Shown here: piece after piece, positions 26,073 to 35,413 of the stretch
Layout of the letters: each line of letters opens with the position of its first letter
Numbering within the stretch: the first letter of the stretch is position 1
From: a virus
Taxonomy: Duplodnaviria > Heunggongvirae > Uroviricota > Caudoviricetes
Virus record (IMG/VR): IMGVR_UViG_640753023_000007
DNA: 41,597 bases
Reading direction: 5' to 3' (one strand)
The notes under the pieces: generated by a model
Database searches by the model: none
What the model saw: the letters and a program-made list of their open reading frames with translations, nothing else
Told to the model about the DNA's origin: nothing
Position numbers and translations under genes: made by a program

Positions 26073-27101
26073 ATGGGATTGTTTACGACCCGCCAGTTAC
26101 TCGGTTATACCGAACAAAAAGTTAAATTTCGTGCGCTGTTTCTGGAGCTGTTTTTCCGCCGTACGGTGAATTTCCATACCGAAGAGGTGATGCTGGACAA
26201 AATTACCGGAAAAACGCCGGTGGCGGCCTATGTCTCCCCGGTTGTTGAAGGAAAAGTGCTGCGTCATCGTGGTGGTGAAACCCGCGTGTTGCGTCCGGGC
26301 TACGTCAAGCCGAAACACGAATTTAATTACCAGCAGGCGGTTGAGCGCCTTCCTGGTGAAGATCCATCTCAACTGAATGATCCGGCTTACCGCCGTCTGC
26401 GTATCATTACCGATAACCTCAAACAGGAAGAGCACGCGATTGTCCAGGTGGAAGAAATGCAGGCGGTAAATGCTGTGTTGTATGGCAAATACACCATGGA
26501 AGGAGACCAGTTCGAGAAAATTGAGGTCGATTTTGGCAGGTCGACGAAGAATAACATCACTCAGGGTAGTGGTAAGGAGTGGTCAAAACAGGATCGTGAC
26601 ACGTTCGATCCTACACATGATATTGACCTCTACTGCGACCTGGCCAGCGGTCTTGTGAATATTGCCATTATGGACGGTACCGTCTGGCGTCTTCTGAATG
26701 GTTTTAAGCTGTTCCGCGAAAAACTGGATACCCGTCGCGGTTCAAATTCTCAACTCGAAACGGCAGTGAAAGATCTGGGCGCAGTGGTGTCCTTCAAGGG
26801 GTATTACGGCGATCTGGCCATTGTGGTGGCGAAAACGTCTTATATAGCAGAAGACGGTACCGAAAAACGTTATCTTCCAGATGGCATGCTGGTTCTGGGG
26901 AATACTGCTGCAGATGGGATCCGTTGTTACGGTGCCATTCAGGATGCTCAGGCGTTGTCCGAAGGTGTGGTGGCCTCTTCCCGTTATCCGAAACACTGGC
27001 TGACGGTAGGGGATCCCGCCCGTGAATTTACCATGACGCAGTCCGCGCCGCTGATGGTGTTGCCGGACCCGGATGAGTTTGTGGTGGTACAGGTGAAATA
27101 A
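26073..27101 (+). CDS. E: Major capsid protein E
   Basis: 342-aa ORF; extensive match to lambda gpE (PGYVKPKHE, QVEEMQAVNAVLYGKYTM, KLDTRRGSNSQLETAVKDLG, GDPAREFTMTQSAPLM). Confidence 0.95.
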   Translation: MGLFTTRQLLGYTEQKVKFRALFLELFFRRTVNFHTEEVMLDKITGKTPVAAYVSPVVEGKVLRHRGGETRVLRPGYVKPKHEFNYQQAVERLPGEDPSQLNDPAYRRLRIITDNLKQEEHAIVQVEEMQAVNAVLYGKYTMEGDQFEKIEVDFGRSTKNNITQGSGKEWSKQDRDTFDPTHDIDLYCDLASGLVNIAIMDGTVWRLLNGFKLFREKLDTRRGSNSQLETAVKDLGAVVSFKGYYGDLAIVVAKTSYIAEDGTEKRYLPDGMLVLGNTAADGIRCYGAIQDAQALSEGVVASSRYPKHWLTVGDPAREFTMTQSAPLMVLPDPDEFVVVQVK

Positions 27102-27109
27102 TCCGTGAG

Positions 27110-27138
27110 CGGGGGCGAAATGCCCCCGTGTCTTTTTT
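27110..27138 (+). terminator. Candidate intrinsic terminator / attenuator after the major capsid gene
   Basis: 7-bp GC stem CGGGGGC-(GAAAT)-GCCCCCG followed by TGTCTTTTTTCA, beginning 9 nt after the E stop. Confidence 0.55.
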
Positions 27139-27152
27139 CACAGGGGGCTGAT

Positions 27153-27527
27153 ATGGCAACGAAAGAGCAAAATCTGAAACGGCTTGATGAACTGGCCCTG
27201 ATTCTGGGGCGTGAGCCGGATATATCCGGGAGTGCCGCAGAGATAGCGCAGCGGGTGGCAGAATGGGAAGAGGAAATGCAGTCATCCGGCGATGATGTAC
27301 AGGTTATGAATATGGATATCCGGGAGCGGGAAACCGCGGCTCATGATGTTCGTGAGGAAACATCCGGCGCGTTAACGCGCATCAGAGTTCTGACCTGCCT
27401 CCATCTCTGTGGCGTTGATGGTGAAACGGGGGAATCCGTTGAGCTTGCGGATGTTGGTCGGGTGATTCTGATTATGTCCTCAGATGCAAAAACACACGTT
27501 GATGGTGGAATGGCTGTTTATGCGTGA
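27153..27527 (+). CDS. FI: DNA packaging protein FI-like
   Basis: Track ORF 27105-27527; start at MATKEQNLKRL preceded by GGGGG; assigned by position between E and FII; sequence diverges from lambda FI as I recall it. Confidence 0.55.
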   Translation: MATKEQNLKRLDELALILGREPDISGSAAEIAQRVAEWEEEMQSSGDDVQVMNMDIRERETAAHDVREETSGALTRIRVLTCLHLCGVDGETGESVELADVGRVILIMSSDAKTHVDGGMAVYA

Positions 27528-27873
27528 TTTTCAGAATGCCTTTGATGCCGCCCTTGCCGGGGTGGACAGTACGATTGTTGAAGTGATGGGCATCAGTGCG
27601 CAGTTCACCTCCGGTGCACAGCGTGGCGGCGAGGTTCATGGCGTTTTTGACGATCCGGAGTCGCTGGGTTTTGCCAGTAGTGGGATCCGTATTGAAGGAA
27701 GTAACCCGTCATTATTTGTGCTTACGGATACGGTTTGTGCTGTACGGCGTGGTGACACGCTGACCATTAACGGCGAGATGTTCTGGGTGGACCGTGTTTC
27801 TCCGGATGACGGAGGGAGTTGTTATCTCTGGCTCAACCGGGGGCAACCACCTGCCGCCAGCCGTCGCCGCTGA
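27520..27873 (+). CDS. FII: Head completion protein FII
   Basis: Track ORF 27484-27873; internal start MRDFQNAFDAALAG gives 117 aa matching lambda FII (WVDRVSPDDGGSCYLWL). Confidence 0.9.
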   Translation: MRDFQNAFDAALAGVDSTIVEVMGISAQFTSGAQRGGEVHGVFDDPESLGFASSGIRIEGSNPSLFVLTDTVCAVRRGDTLTINGEMFWVDRVSPDDGGSCYLWLNRGQPPAASRRR

Positions 27874-27884
27874 AAGGGGGATGT

Positions 27885-28463
27885 ATGGCCATAAAAGGTC
27901 TTGAGCAGGCCGTTGAAAACCTCAGCCGTATCAGCAAAACGGCAGTGCCTGGTGCCGCCGCAATGGCCATTAACCGCGTTGCTTCATCCGCGATATCGCA
28001 GTCGGCGTCACTGGTTGCCCGTGAGACAAAGGTACGCCGGAAACTGGTAAAGGAAAGGGCCAGGCTGAAAAGGGCCACGGTCAAAAATCCGCAGGCCAGA
28101 ATCAAAGTTAACCGGGGGGATTTGCCCGTAATCAGGCTGGGTAACGCGCGGGTTGTCCTGTCCCGACGCAGGCGTCGTAAAAAGGGGCAGCGTTCATCCC
28201 TGAAAGGTGGCGGCAGCGTGCTTGTGGTGGGAAACCGTCGTATTCCCGGCGCGTTTATTCAGCAACTGAAAAATGGCCGGTGGCATGTCATGCAGCGTGT
28301 GGCCGGGAAAAACCGTTACCCCATTGATGTGGTGAAAATCCCGATGGCGGTGCCGCTGACCACGGCGTTTAAACAGAATATTGAGCGGATACGGCGTGAG
28401 CGTCTTCCGAAAGAGCTGGGCTATGCGCTGCAGCATCAACTGAGAATGGTAATAAAGCGATGA
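27885..28463 (+). CDS. Z: Tail completion protein Z
   Basis: Track ORF 27819-28463; start MAIKGLEQAVENLSRISKTAVPGAAAMAINRV matches lambda Z, 192 aa. Confidence 0.9.
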   Translation: MAIKGLEQAVENLSRISKTAVPGAAAMAINRVASSAISQSASLVARETKVRRKLVKERARLKRATVKNPQARIKVNRGDLPVIRLGNARVVLSRRRRRKKGQRSSLKGGGSVLVVGNRRIPGAFIQQLKNGRWHVMQRVAGKNRYPIDVVKIPMAVPLTTAFKQNIERIRRERLPKELGYALQHQLRMVIKR

Positions 28464-28855
28464 AACATACTGAACTCCGTGCAGCCGTACTGGATGCACT
28501 GGAGAAGCATGACACCGGGGCGACGCTTTTTGATGGTCGCCCTGCTGTTTTTGATGAGGAAGATTTTCCGGCAATTGCCGTTTATCTCACCGGCGCTGAA
28601 TACACGGGCGAAGAGCTGGACAGCGATACCTGGCAGGCGGAGCTGCATATTGAAGTTTTCCTGCCTGCTCAGGTGCCGGATTCAGAGCTGGATTCGTGGA
28701 TGGAGTCCCGGATTTATCCGGTGATGAGCGATATCCCGGCACTGTCAGATTTGATCACCAGTATGGTGGCCAGTGGCTATGACTACCGGCGCGACGATGA
28801 TGCGGGCCTGTGGAGTTCAGCCGATCTGACTTATGTCATTACCTATGAAATGTGA
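28460..28855 (+). CDS. U: Tail terminator protein U
   Basis: 131-aa [57 protein letters not shown] matching lambda U; ATGA overlap with Z. Confidence 0.9.
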   Translation: MKHTELRAAVLDALEKHDTGATLFDGRPAVFDEEDFPAIAVYLTGAEYTGEELDSDTWQAELHIEVFLPAQVPDSELDSWMESRIYPVMSDIPALSDLITSMVASGYDYRRDDDAGLWSSADLTYVITYEM

Positions 28856-28862
28856 GGACGAT

Positions 28863-29603
28863 ATGCCAACACCAAATCCTCGGGCACCGGTGAAAGGGGC
28901 CGGGACCACACTGTGGGTTTATAACGGGAGCGGCGACCCTTATGCAAACCCGCTTTCAGACAATGACTGGTCGCGTCTGGCAAAAATTAAAGACCTGACG
29001 CCCGGCGAACTGACCGCTGAGTCCTATGACGACAGTTATCTCGATGATGAAGATGCGGACTGGACCGCGACCGGGCAGGGGCAGAAATCCGCCGGAGATA
29101 CCAGCTTCACGCTGGCGTGGATGCCCGGAGAGCAGGGGCAGCAGGCGCTGCTGGCGTGGTTTAATGAAGGTGATACCCGTGCCTATAAAATCCGCTTCCC
29201 GAACGGCACGGTCGATGTGTTCCGTGGCTGGGTCAGCAGTATCGGTAAGGCGGTGACGGCGAAGGAAGTGATCACCCGTACGGTGAAGGTCACCAATGTG
29301 GGCCGTCCGTCAATGGCAGAAGATCGCAGTACGGTGACGGCGGCAACCGGTATGACCGTGACGCCTGCCAGCTCCTCGGTGGTGAAAGGGCAGAGCACCA
29401 CGCTGACCGTGGCCTTCCAGCCGGAGGGCGCAACTGACAAGAGCTTCCGTGCGGTGTCAGCGGATAAAACAAAAGCCACCGTGTCGGTCAGTGGTATGAC
29501 CATCACCGTGAACGGCGTTGCTGCAGGCAAGGTCAACATTCCGGTTGTATCCGGTAATGGTGAACTTGCTGCGGTTGCAGAAATCACTGTCACCGACAGT
29601 TAA
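28863..29603 (+). CDS. V: Major tail protein V
   Basis: Track ORF 28833-29603; start [20 protein letters not shown] preceded by GAGGA; 246 aa matching lambda V including C-terminal Ig-like region. Confidence 0.95.
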   Translation: MPTPNPRAPVKGAGTTLWVYNGSGDPYANPLSDNDWSRLAKIKDLTPGELTAESYDDSYLDDEDADWTATGQGQKSAGDTSFTLAWMPGEQGQQALLAWFNEGDTRAYKIRFPNGTVDVFRGWVSSIGKAVTAKEVITRTVKVTNVGRPSMAEDRSTVTAATGMTVTPASSSVVKGQSTTLTVAFQPEGATDKSFRAVSADKTKATVSVSGMTITVNGVAAGKVNIPVVSGNGELAAVAEITVTDS

Positions 29604-29618
29604 TCCGGAGAGTCAGCG

Positions 29619-30041
29619 ATGTTCCTGAAAACCGAATCATTTGAACATAACGGCGTGACCGTCACGCTTTCTGAACTGTCAGCCCTGCAGCGTATTGAGC
29701 ATCTCGCCCTGATGAAACAGCAGGCAGAACAGGCGGAGTCAGACAGCAACCGGCAGGTTACTGTGGAAGACGCCATCAGAACCGGTGCTTTTGTGGTGGC
29801 GATGTCCCTGTGGCATAACCATCCGCAGAAGACAAAGCAGCCTTCCATGAATGAAGCCGTTAAACAGATTGAGCAGGAAGTGCTTACCACCTGGCCCGCG
29901 GAGGCAATTTCTCATGCTGAAAACGTGGTGTACCGGCTGTCCGGTATGTATGGGTTTGTGGTGAATGATGCCCCTGACCAGGCAGAGGACTCCGGGCCTG
30001 CAGAGCCTGTTTCTGCGGGAAAGTGTTCGACGGTGAGCTGA
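29619..30041 (+). CDS. G: Tail assembly chaperone G
   Basis: 140-aa ORF matching lambda G; slippery heptamer GGGAAAG near its 3-prime end. Confidence 0.9.
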   Translation: MFLKTESFEHNGVTVTLSELSALQRIEHLALMKQQAEQAESDSNRQVTVEDAIRTGAFVVAMSLWHNHPQKTKQPSMNEAVKQIEQEVLTTWPAEAISHAENVVYRLSGMYGFVVNDAPDQAEDSGPAEPVSAGKCSTVS

Positions 30042-30457
30042 GTTTTGCCCTGAAACTGGCGCGAGAGATGGGGCGACCTGACTGGCGCGCCATGCTTGCC
30101 GGGATGTCATCCACGGAGTATGCCGACTGGCACCGCTTTTACAGTACCCATTATTTTCATGATGTTCTGCTGAATATGCACTTTTCCGGGCTGACGTACA
30201 CTGTGCTCAGCCTGTTTTTCAGCGATCCGGATATGCATCCGCTGGATTTCAGTTTGCTGAACCGGCGTGAGGATGACGAAGAGCCTGAAGATGATGTGCT
30301 GATGCAGAAAGCGGCAGGGCTTACCGGAGGCGTCCGCTTTGACCCGGACGGAAATGAAGTTATCCCCGCTTCCCCGGATATGGCGGGCATGACGGAGGAT
30401 GACGTAATGCTGATGACAGTATCAGAAGGGATCGCAGGAGGAGTCCGGTATGGCTGA
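29619..30457 (+). CDS. T: Tail assembly chaperone G-T fusion via programmed -1 ribosomal frameshift
   Basis: Slippery site G GGA AAG at 30017-30023; the -1 frame continues (VFDGELSFALKLAREMGRPDW...) to 30457, matching lambda gpT. Confidence 0.85.
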
Positions 30458-33011
30458 ACCGGTAGGCGATCTGGTCGTTGATTTAAGTCTGGATGCGGCC
30501 AGATTTGACGAGCAGATGGCCAGAGTCAGGCGTCATTTTTCCGGTACGGAAAGTGATGCGAAAAAAACAGCGGCAGTCGTTGAACAGTCGCTGAGCCGAC
30601 AGGCGCTGGCTGCACAGAAAGCGGGGATTTCCGTCGGGCAGTATAAAGCCGCCATGCGTATGCTGCCTGCACAGTTCACCGACGTGGCCACGCAGCTTGC
30701 AGGCGGGCAAAGCCCGTGGCTGATCCTGCTGCAACAGGGTGGTCAGGTTAAGGACTCCTTCGGCGGGATGATCCCCATGTTCCGGGGGCTTGCCGGTGCG
30801 ATCACCCTGCCGATGGTCGGGGCCACCTCGCTGGCGGTGGCGACCGGTGCGCTGGCGTATGCCTGGTATCAGGGTAACTCAACCCTGTCCGATTTCAACA
30901 AAACGCTGGTCCTTTCCGGCAATCAGTCGGGTCTGACGGCAGATCGTATGCTGGTCCTGTCCAGAGCCGGGCAGGCGGCAGGGCTGACGTTTAACCAGAC
31001 CAGCGAGTCACTCAGCGCACTGGTTAAGGCGGGAGTAAGCGGTGAGGCTCAGATTGCATCCATCAGCCAGAGTGTGGCGCGTTTCTCCTCTGCATCCGGC
31101 GTGGAGGTGGACAAGGTCGCTGAAGCCTTCGGGAAGCTGACCACTGACCCGACGTCGGGGCTGACGGCGATGGCGCGCCAGTTCCATAACGTAACGGCGG
31201 AGCAGATTGCGTATGTTGCTCAGTTGCAGCGTTCCGGCGATGAATCCGGGGCATTGCAGGCGGCGAACGAGGCCGCAACGAAAGGGTTTGATGACCAGAC
31301 CCGACGCCTGAAAGAGAACATGGGCACGCTGGAAACCTGGGCAGACAGGACAGCACGGGCATTCAAATCCATGTGGGATGCGGTGCTGGATATTGGTCGT
31401 CCTGATACCGCTCAGGAGATGCTGATTAAGGCAGAGGCTGCGTTTAAGAAAGCGGACGACATCTGGAATCTGCGCAAGGATGATTATTTTGTTAACGATG
31501 AAGCGCGGGCGCGTTACTGGGATGATCGTGAAAAGGCCCGTCTTGCGCTTGAAGCCGCCCGAAAGAAGGCTGAACAGCAGAGTCAACAGGACAAAAATGC
31601 GCAGCAGCAGAGCGATACCGAAGCATCACGGCTGAAATATACCGAAGAGGCGCAGAAGGCTTACGAACGGCTGCAGACACCGCTGGAGAAATATACCGCC
31701 CGTCAGGAAGAACTGAACAAGGCACTGAAAGACGGGAAAATCCTGCAGGCAGATTACAACACGCTGATGGCGGCGGCGAAAAAGGATTATGAAGCGACGC
31801 TGAAAAAGCCGAAACAGTCCGGCGTGAAGGTGTCTGCGGGCGATCGTCAGGAAGACAGTGCTCATGCTGCCCTGCTGACGCTTCAGGCTGAACTCCGGAC
31901 GCTGGAGAAGCATGCCGGAGCAAATGAGAAAATCAGCCAGCAGCGCCGGGATTTGTGGAAGGCGGAGAGTCAGTTCGCGGTACTGGAGGAGGCGGCGCAA
32001 CGTCGCCAGCTGTCTGCACAGGAGAAATCCCTGCTGGCGCATAAAGATGAGACGCTGGAGTACAAACGCCAGCTGGCTGCACTTGGCGACAAGGTTACGT
32101 ATCAGGAGCGCCTGAACGCGCTGGCGCAGCAGGCGGATAAATTCGCACAGCAGCAACGGGCAAAACGGGCCGCTATTGATGCGAAAAGCCGGGGGCTGAC
32201 TGACCGGCAGGCAGAACGGGAAGCCACGGAACAGCGCCTGAAGGAACAGTATGGCGATAATCCTCTGGCGCTGAATAACGTCATGTCAGAGCAGAAAAAG
32301 ACCTGGGCGGCTGAAGACCTGCTTCGCGGGAACTGGATGGCAGGCCTGAAGTCCGGCTGGAGTGAGTGGGAAGAGAGTGCCACGGACAGTATGTCGCAGG
32401 TTAAAAGTGCTGCCACGCAGACCTTTGATGGTATTGCGCAGAATATGGCGGCGATGCTGACCGGCAGTGAACAGAACTGGCGCAGCTTCACCCGTTCCGT
32501 GCTGTCCATGATGACAGAAATTCTGCTTAAGCAGGCAATGGTGGGGATTGTCGGGAGTATCGGCAGCGCTATTGGCGGGGCTGTTGGTGGCGGCGCATCC
32601 GCGTCAGGCGGTACAGCCATTCAGGCCGCTGCGGCGAAACTCCATTTTGCAACCGGAGGATTTACGGGAACCGGCGGCAAATATGAGCCAGCGGGGATTG
32701 TTCACCGTGGTGAATTTGTCTTCACGAAGGAGGCAACCAGCCGGATTGGCGTGGGAAATCTCTACCGGCTGATGCGCGGCTATGCCACCGGCGGTTATGT
32801 CGGTGGCACCGGAAGTCCGGCGCAAATGCGGCGTTCAGAGGGTATCAGGTTTGAGCAGAACAACAACGTGGTGATTCAGAACGACGGTACGAATGGTCTG
32901 CCAGGTCCACAGATGATGAAGGCGGTGTATGACATGGCCCGCAAGGGTGCCCGTGATGAAATCCAGGCACAGATGCGCGATGGTGGTCTGTTCTCCGGAG
33001 GTGGACGATGA
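30450..33011 (+). CDS. H: Tail tape measure protein H
   Basis: 853-aa ORF, same length as lambda gpH, with matching N-terminus (MAEPVGDLVVDLSLDAARFDEQMARV). Confidence 0.95.
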   Translation: MAEPVGDLVVDLSLDAARFDEQMARVRRHFSGTESDAKKTAAVVEQSLSRQALAAQKAGISVGQYKAAMRMLPAQFTDVATQLAGGQSPWLILLQQGGQVKDSFGGMIPMFRGLAGAITLPMVGATSLAVATGALAYAWYQGNSTLSDFNKTLVLSGNQSGLTADRMLVLSRAGQAAGLTFNQTSESLSALVKAGVSGEAQIASISQSVARFSSASGVEVDKVAEAFGKLTTDPTSGLTAMARQFHNVTAEQIAYVAQLQRSGDESGALQAANEAATKGFDDQTRRLKENMGTLETWADRTARAFKSMWDAVLDIGRPDTAQEMLIKAEAAFKKADDIWNLRKDDYFVNDEARARYWDDREKARLALEAARKKAEQQSQQDKNAQQQSDTEASRLKYTEEAQKAYERLQTPLEKYTARQEELNKALKDGKILQADYNTLMAAAKKDYEATLKKPKQSGVKVSAGDRQEDSAHAALLTLQAELRTLEKHAGANEKISQQRRDLWKAESQFAVLEEAAQRRQLSAQEKSLLAHKDETLEYKRQLAALGDKVTYQERLNALAQQADKFAQQQRAKRAAIDAKSRGLTDRQAEREATEQRLKEQYGDNPLALNNVMSEQKKTWAAEDLLRGNWMAGLKSGWSEWEESATDSMSQVKSAATQTFDGIAQNMAAMLTGSEQNWRSFTRSVLSMMTEILLKQAMVGIVGSIGSAIGGAVGGGASASGGTAIQAAAAKLHFATGGFTGTGGKYEPAGIVHRGEFVFTKEATSRIGVGNLYRLMRGYATGGYVGGTGSPAQMRRSEGIRFEQNNNVVIQNDGTNGLPGPQMMKAVYDMARKGARDEIQAQMRDGGLFSGGGR

Positions 33012-33337
33012 AAACCTTCCGCTGGAAAGTGAAACCCGGGATGGATGTGACATCGGCTCCTTCCGTCAGGGAGGTGCGCTTTGGTGATGGCTATTCCCAG
33101 CGTGCGCCTGCCGGGCTGAACGCTGACCTGAAAACGTACAGCGTGACGCTGTCTGTCTCCCGTGAGGAGGCCACGGCGCTGGAGTCGTTTCTGGCTGAGC
33201 ACGGGGGCTGGAAGGCCTTTCTGTGGACGCCGCCTTATGGTTACAGGCAGATAAAGGTGACCTGCGCAAAATGGTCGTCGCGGGTCAGTATGCTGCGTGT
33301 TGAGTTCAGCGCAGAGTTTGAACAGGTGGTGAACTGA
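33008..33337 (+). CDS. M: Minor tail protein M
   Basis: 109-aa ORF MKTFRWKVKPGMDVTSAPSVREVRFGDGYSQRAPAGLNADLKTYSVTLSV matching lambda M; ATGA overlap with H. Confidence 0.9.
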   Translation: MKTFRWKVKPGMDVTSAPSVREVRFGDGYSQRAPAGLNADLKTYSVTLSVSREEATALESFLAEHGGWKAFLWTPPYGYRQIKVTCAKWSSRVSMLRVEFSAEFEQVVN

Positions 33338-34035
33338 TGCAGGATATCCGGCAGGAAACATTGAATGAATGCACCCGTGCGGAGCAGTCGGCCAGCGTGG
33401 TGCTCTGGGAAATCGATCTGACAGAGGTCGGTGGAGAACGTTATTTTTTCTGTAATGAGCAGAACGAAAAAGGTGAGCCGGTCACCTGGCAGGGGCGACA
33501 GTATCAGCCGTATCCCATTCAGGGGAGTAGTTTTGAACTGAATGGCAAAGGCACCAGTACGCGCCCCACGCTGACGGTTTCTAACCTGTACGGTATGGTC
33601 ACCGGGATGGTGGAAGATCTGCAGAGTCTGGTCGGCGGAACGGTGGTCAGGCGTAAGGTTTACGCCCGTTTTCTGGATGCGGTGAACTTCGTCAACGGAA
33701 ACAGCGACGCCGATCCGGAGCAGGAGGTGATCAGCCGCTGGCGCATCGAGCAGTGCAGCGAACTGAGTGCGGTCAGTGCCTCCTTTGTACTGTCCACACC
33801 GACGGAAACGGATGGTGCCGTTTTTCCGGGGCGCATCATGCTGGCTAATACCTGCACCTGGACCTATCGCGGTGATGAGTGCGGTTATCACGGTCCGGCG
33901 GTCGCGGATGAATATGATCAGCCGACTTCCGATATCACGAAGGATAAATGCAGCAAATGCCTGAGCGGCTGTAAGTTTCGCAATAACGTCGGCAACTTTG
34001 GCGGCTTCCTTTCCATTAACAAACTTTCGCAGTAA
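33337..34035 (+). CDS. L: Minor tail protein L
   Basis: 232-aa ORF matching lambda L, including C-terminal Cys cluster (CSKCLSGCKFRNN). Confidence 0.9.
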   Translation: MQDIRQETLNECTRAEQSASVVLWEIDLTEVGGERYFFCNEQNEKGEPVTWQGRQYQPYPIQGSSFELNGKGTSTRPTLTVSNLYGMVTGMVEDLQSLVGGTVVRRKVYARFLDAVNFVNGNSDADPEQEVISRWRIEQCSELSAVSASFVLSTPTETDGAVFPGRIMLANTCTWTYRGDECGYHGPAVADEYDQPTSDITKDKCSKCLSGCKFRNNVGNFGGFLSINKLSQ

Positions 34036-34040
34036 ATCCC

Positions 34041-34784
34041 ATGACAGAGACAGAATCAGCGATTCTGGCGCATGCCCGGCGATGTGCGCCAGCGGAGTCG
34101 TGCGGCTTCGTGGTGAGAGCGCCGGAGGGGGAAAGATATTTTCCCTGCGTGAATATCTCCGGTGAGCCGGAGGCGTATTTCCGGATGGCTCCGGAGGACT
34201 GGCTGCAGGCAGAGATGCAGGGTGAGATTGTGGCGCTGGTCCACAGTCATCCCGGTGGTCTGCCCTGGCTGAGTGAGGCCGACCGGCGGCTGCAGGTGCA
34301 GAGTGATTTGCCGTGGTGGCTGGTCTGCCGGGGGGCGATTCATAAGTTCCGCTGTGTGCCGCATCTCACCGGGCGGCGCTTTGAGCACGGGGTGACGGAC
34401 TGTTACACGCTGTTCCGGGACGCTTACCATCTGGCGGGGATTGAGATGCCGGACTTTCATCGTGAGGATGACTGGTGGCGTAACGGCCAGAATCTCTATC
34501 TTGATAATCTGGAGGCCACAGGGCTGTATCAGGTGCCGTTGTCAGCGGCGCAGCCGGGCGATGTGCTGCTGTGCTGCTTTGGTTCATCGGTGCCGAATCA
34601 TGCCGCTATTTACTGTGGTGACGGCGAGCTGCTGCACCATATTCCTGAACAACTGAGTAAACGAGAGAGGTATACCGACAAATGGCAGCGACGCACACAC
34701 TCCCTCTGGCGTCACCGGGCATGGCGCGCATCTGCCTTTACGGGGATTTACAACGATTTGGCCGCCGCATCGACCTTCGTGTGA
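34041..34784 (+). CDS. K: Tail assembly protein K (JAB/MPN and NlpC/P60-like domains)
   Basis: 247-aa ORF; HSHPGG motif (JAB-type) and Cys/His peptidase-like region; matches lambda K. Confidence 0.9.
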   Translation: MTETESAILAHARRCAPAESCGFVVRAPEGERYFPCVNISGEPEAYFRMAPEDWLQAEMQGEIVALVHSHPGGLPWLSEADRRLQVQSDLPWWLVCRGAIHKFRCVPHLTGRRFEHGVTDCYTLFRDAYHLAGIEMPDFHREDDWWRNGQNLYLDNLEATGLYQVPLSAAQPGDVLLCCFGSSVPNHAAIYCGDGELLHHIPEQLSKRERYTDKWQRRTHSLWRHRAWRASAFTGIYNDLAAASTFV

Positions 34785-35353
34785 AAACGGGGGCTGAAGC
34801 CATCCGCGCACTGGCCACACAGCTCCCGGTGTTTCGTCAGAAACTGAGCGACGGCTGGTATCAGGTACGGATTGCCGGGCGGGACGTCAGCACGTCCGGG
34901 TTAACGGCGCAGTTACATGAGACTCTGCCTGATGGCGCTGTGATTCATATTGTTCCCAGAGTCGCCGGGGCCAAGTCAGGTGGCGTATTCCAGATTGTCC
35001 TGGGGGCTGCCGCCATTGCCGGATCATTCTTTACCGCCGGAGCCACCCTTGCAGCATGGGGGGCAGCCATTGGGGCCGGTGGTATGACCGGCATCCTGTT
35101 TTCTCTCGGTGCCAGTATGGTGCTCGGTGGTGTGGCGCAGATGCTGGCACCGAAAGCCAGAACTCCCCGTACACAGACAACGGATAACGGCAAACAGAAC
35201 ACCTATTTCTCCTCACTGGATAACATGGTTGCCCAGGGCAATGTTCTGCCGGTTCTGTACGGTGAAATGCGCGTGGGGTCACGCGTGGTTTCTCAGGAGA
35301 TCAGCACGGCAGACGAAGGGGATGGTGGTCAGGTTGTGGTGATTGGTCGCTGA
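34682..35353 (+). CDS. I: Tail assembly protein I
   Basis: 223-aa ORF matching lambda I (ubiquitin-like N-terminus, Gly/Ala-rich hydrophobic region); the true start may be an internal Met, since the ORF overlaps the K 3-prime end by about 100 nt. Confidence 0.85.
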   Translation: MAATHTLPLASPGMARICLYGDLQRFGRRIDLRVKTGAEAIRALATQLPVFRQKLSDGWYQVRIAGRDVSTSGLTAQLHETLPDGAVIHIVPRVAGAKSGGVFQIVLGAAAIAGSFFTAGATLAAWGAAIGAGGMTGILFSLGASMVLGGVAQMLAPKARTPRTQTTDNGKQNTYFSSLDNMVAQGNVLPVLYGEMRVGSRVVSQEISTADEGDGGQVVVIGR

Positions 35354-35413
35354 TGCAAAATGTTTTATGTGAAACCGCCTCCGGGCGGTTTTATCGTTTA
35401 TGGAGCATGAGGA

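Noticed and set aside
31008-32620. Several minus-strand ORFs (143-192 aa) inside the tape measure gene H
   Set aside because: Antisense or out-of-frame ORFs within a full-length gpH homologue; low-complexity Arg/Ala/Cys-rich translations.
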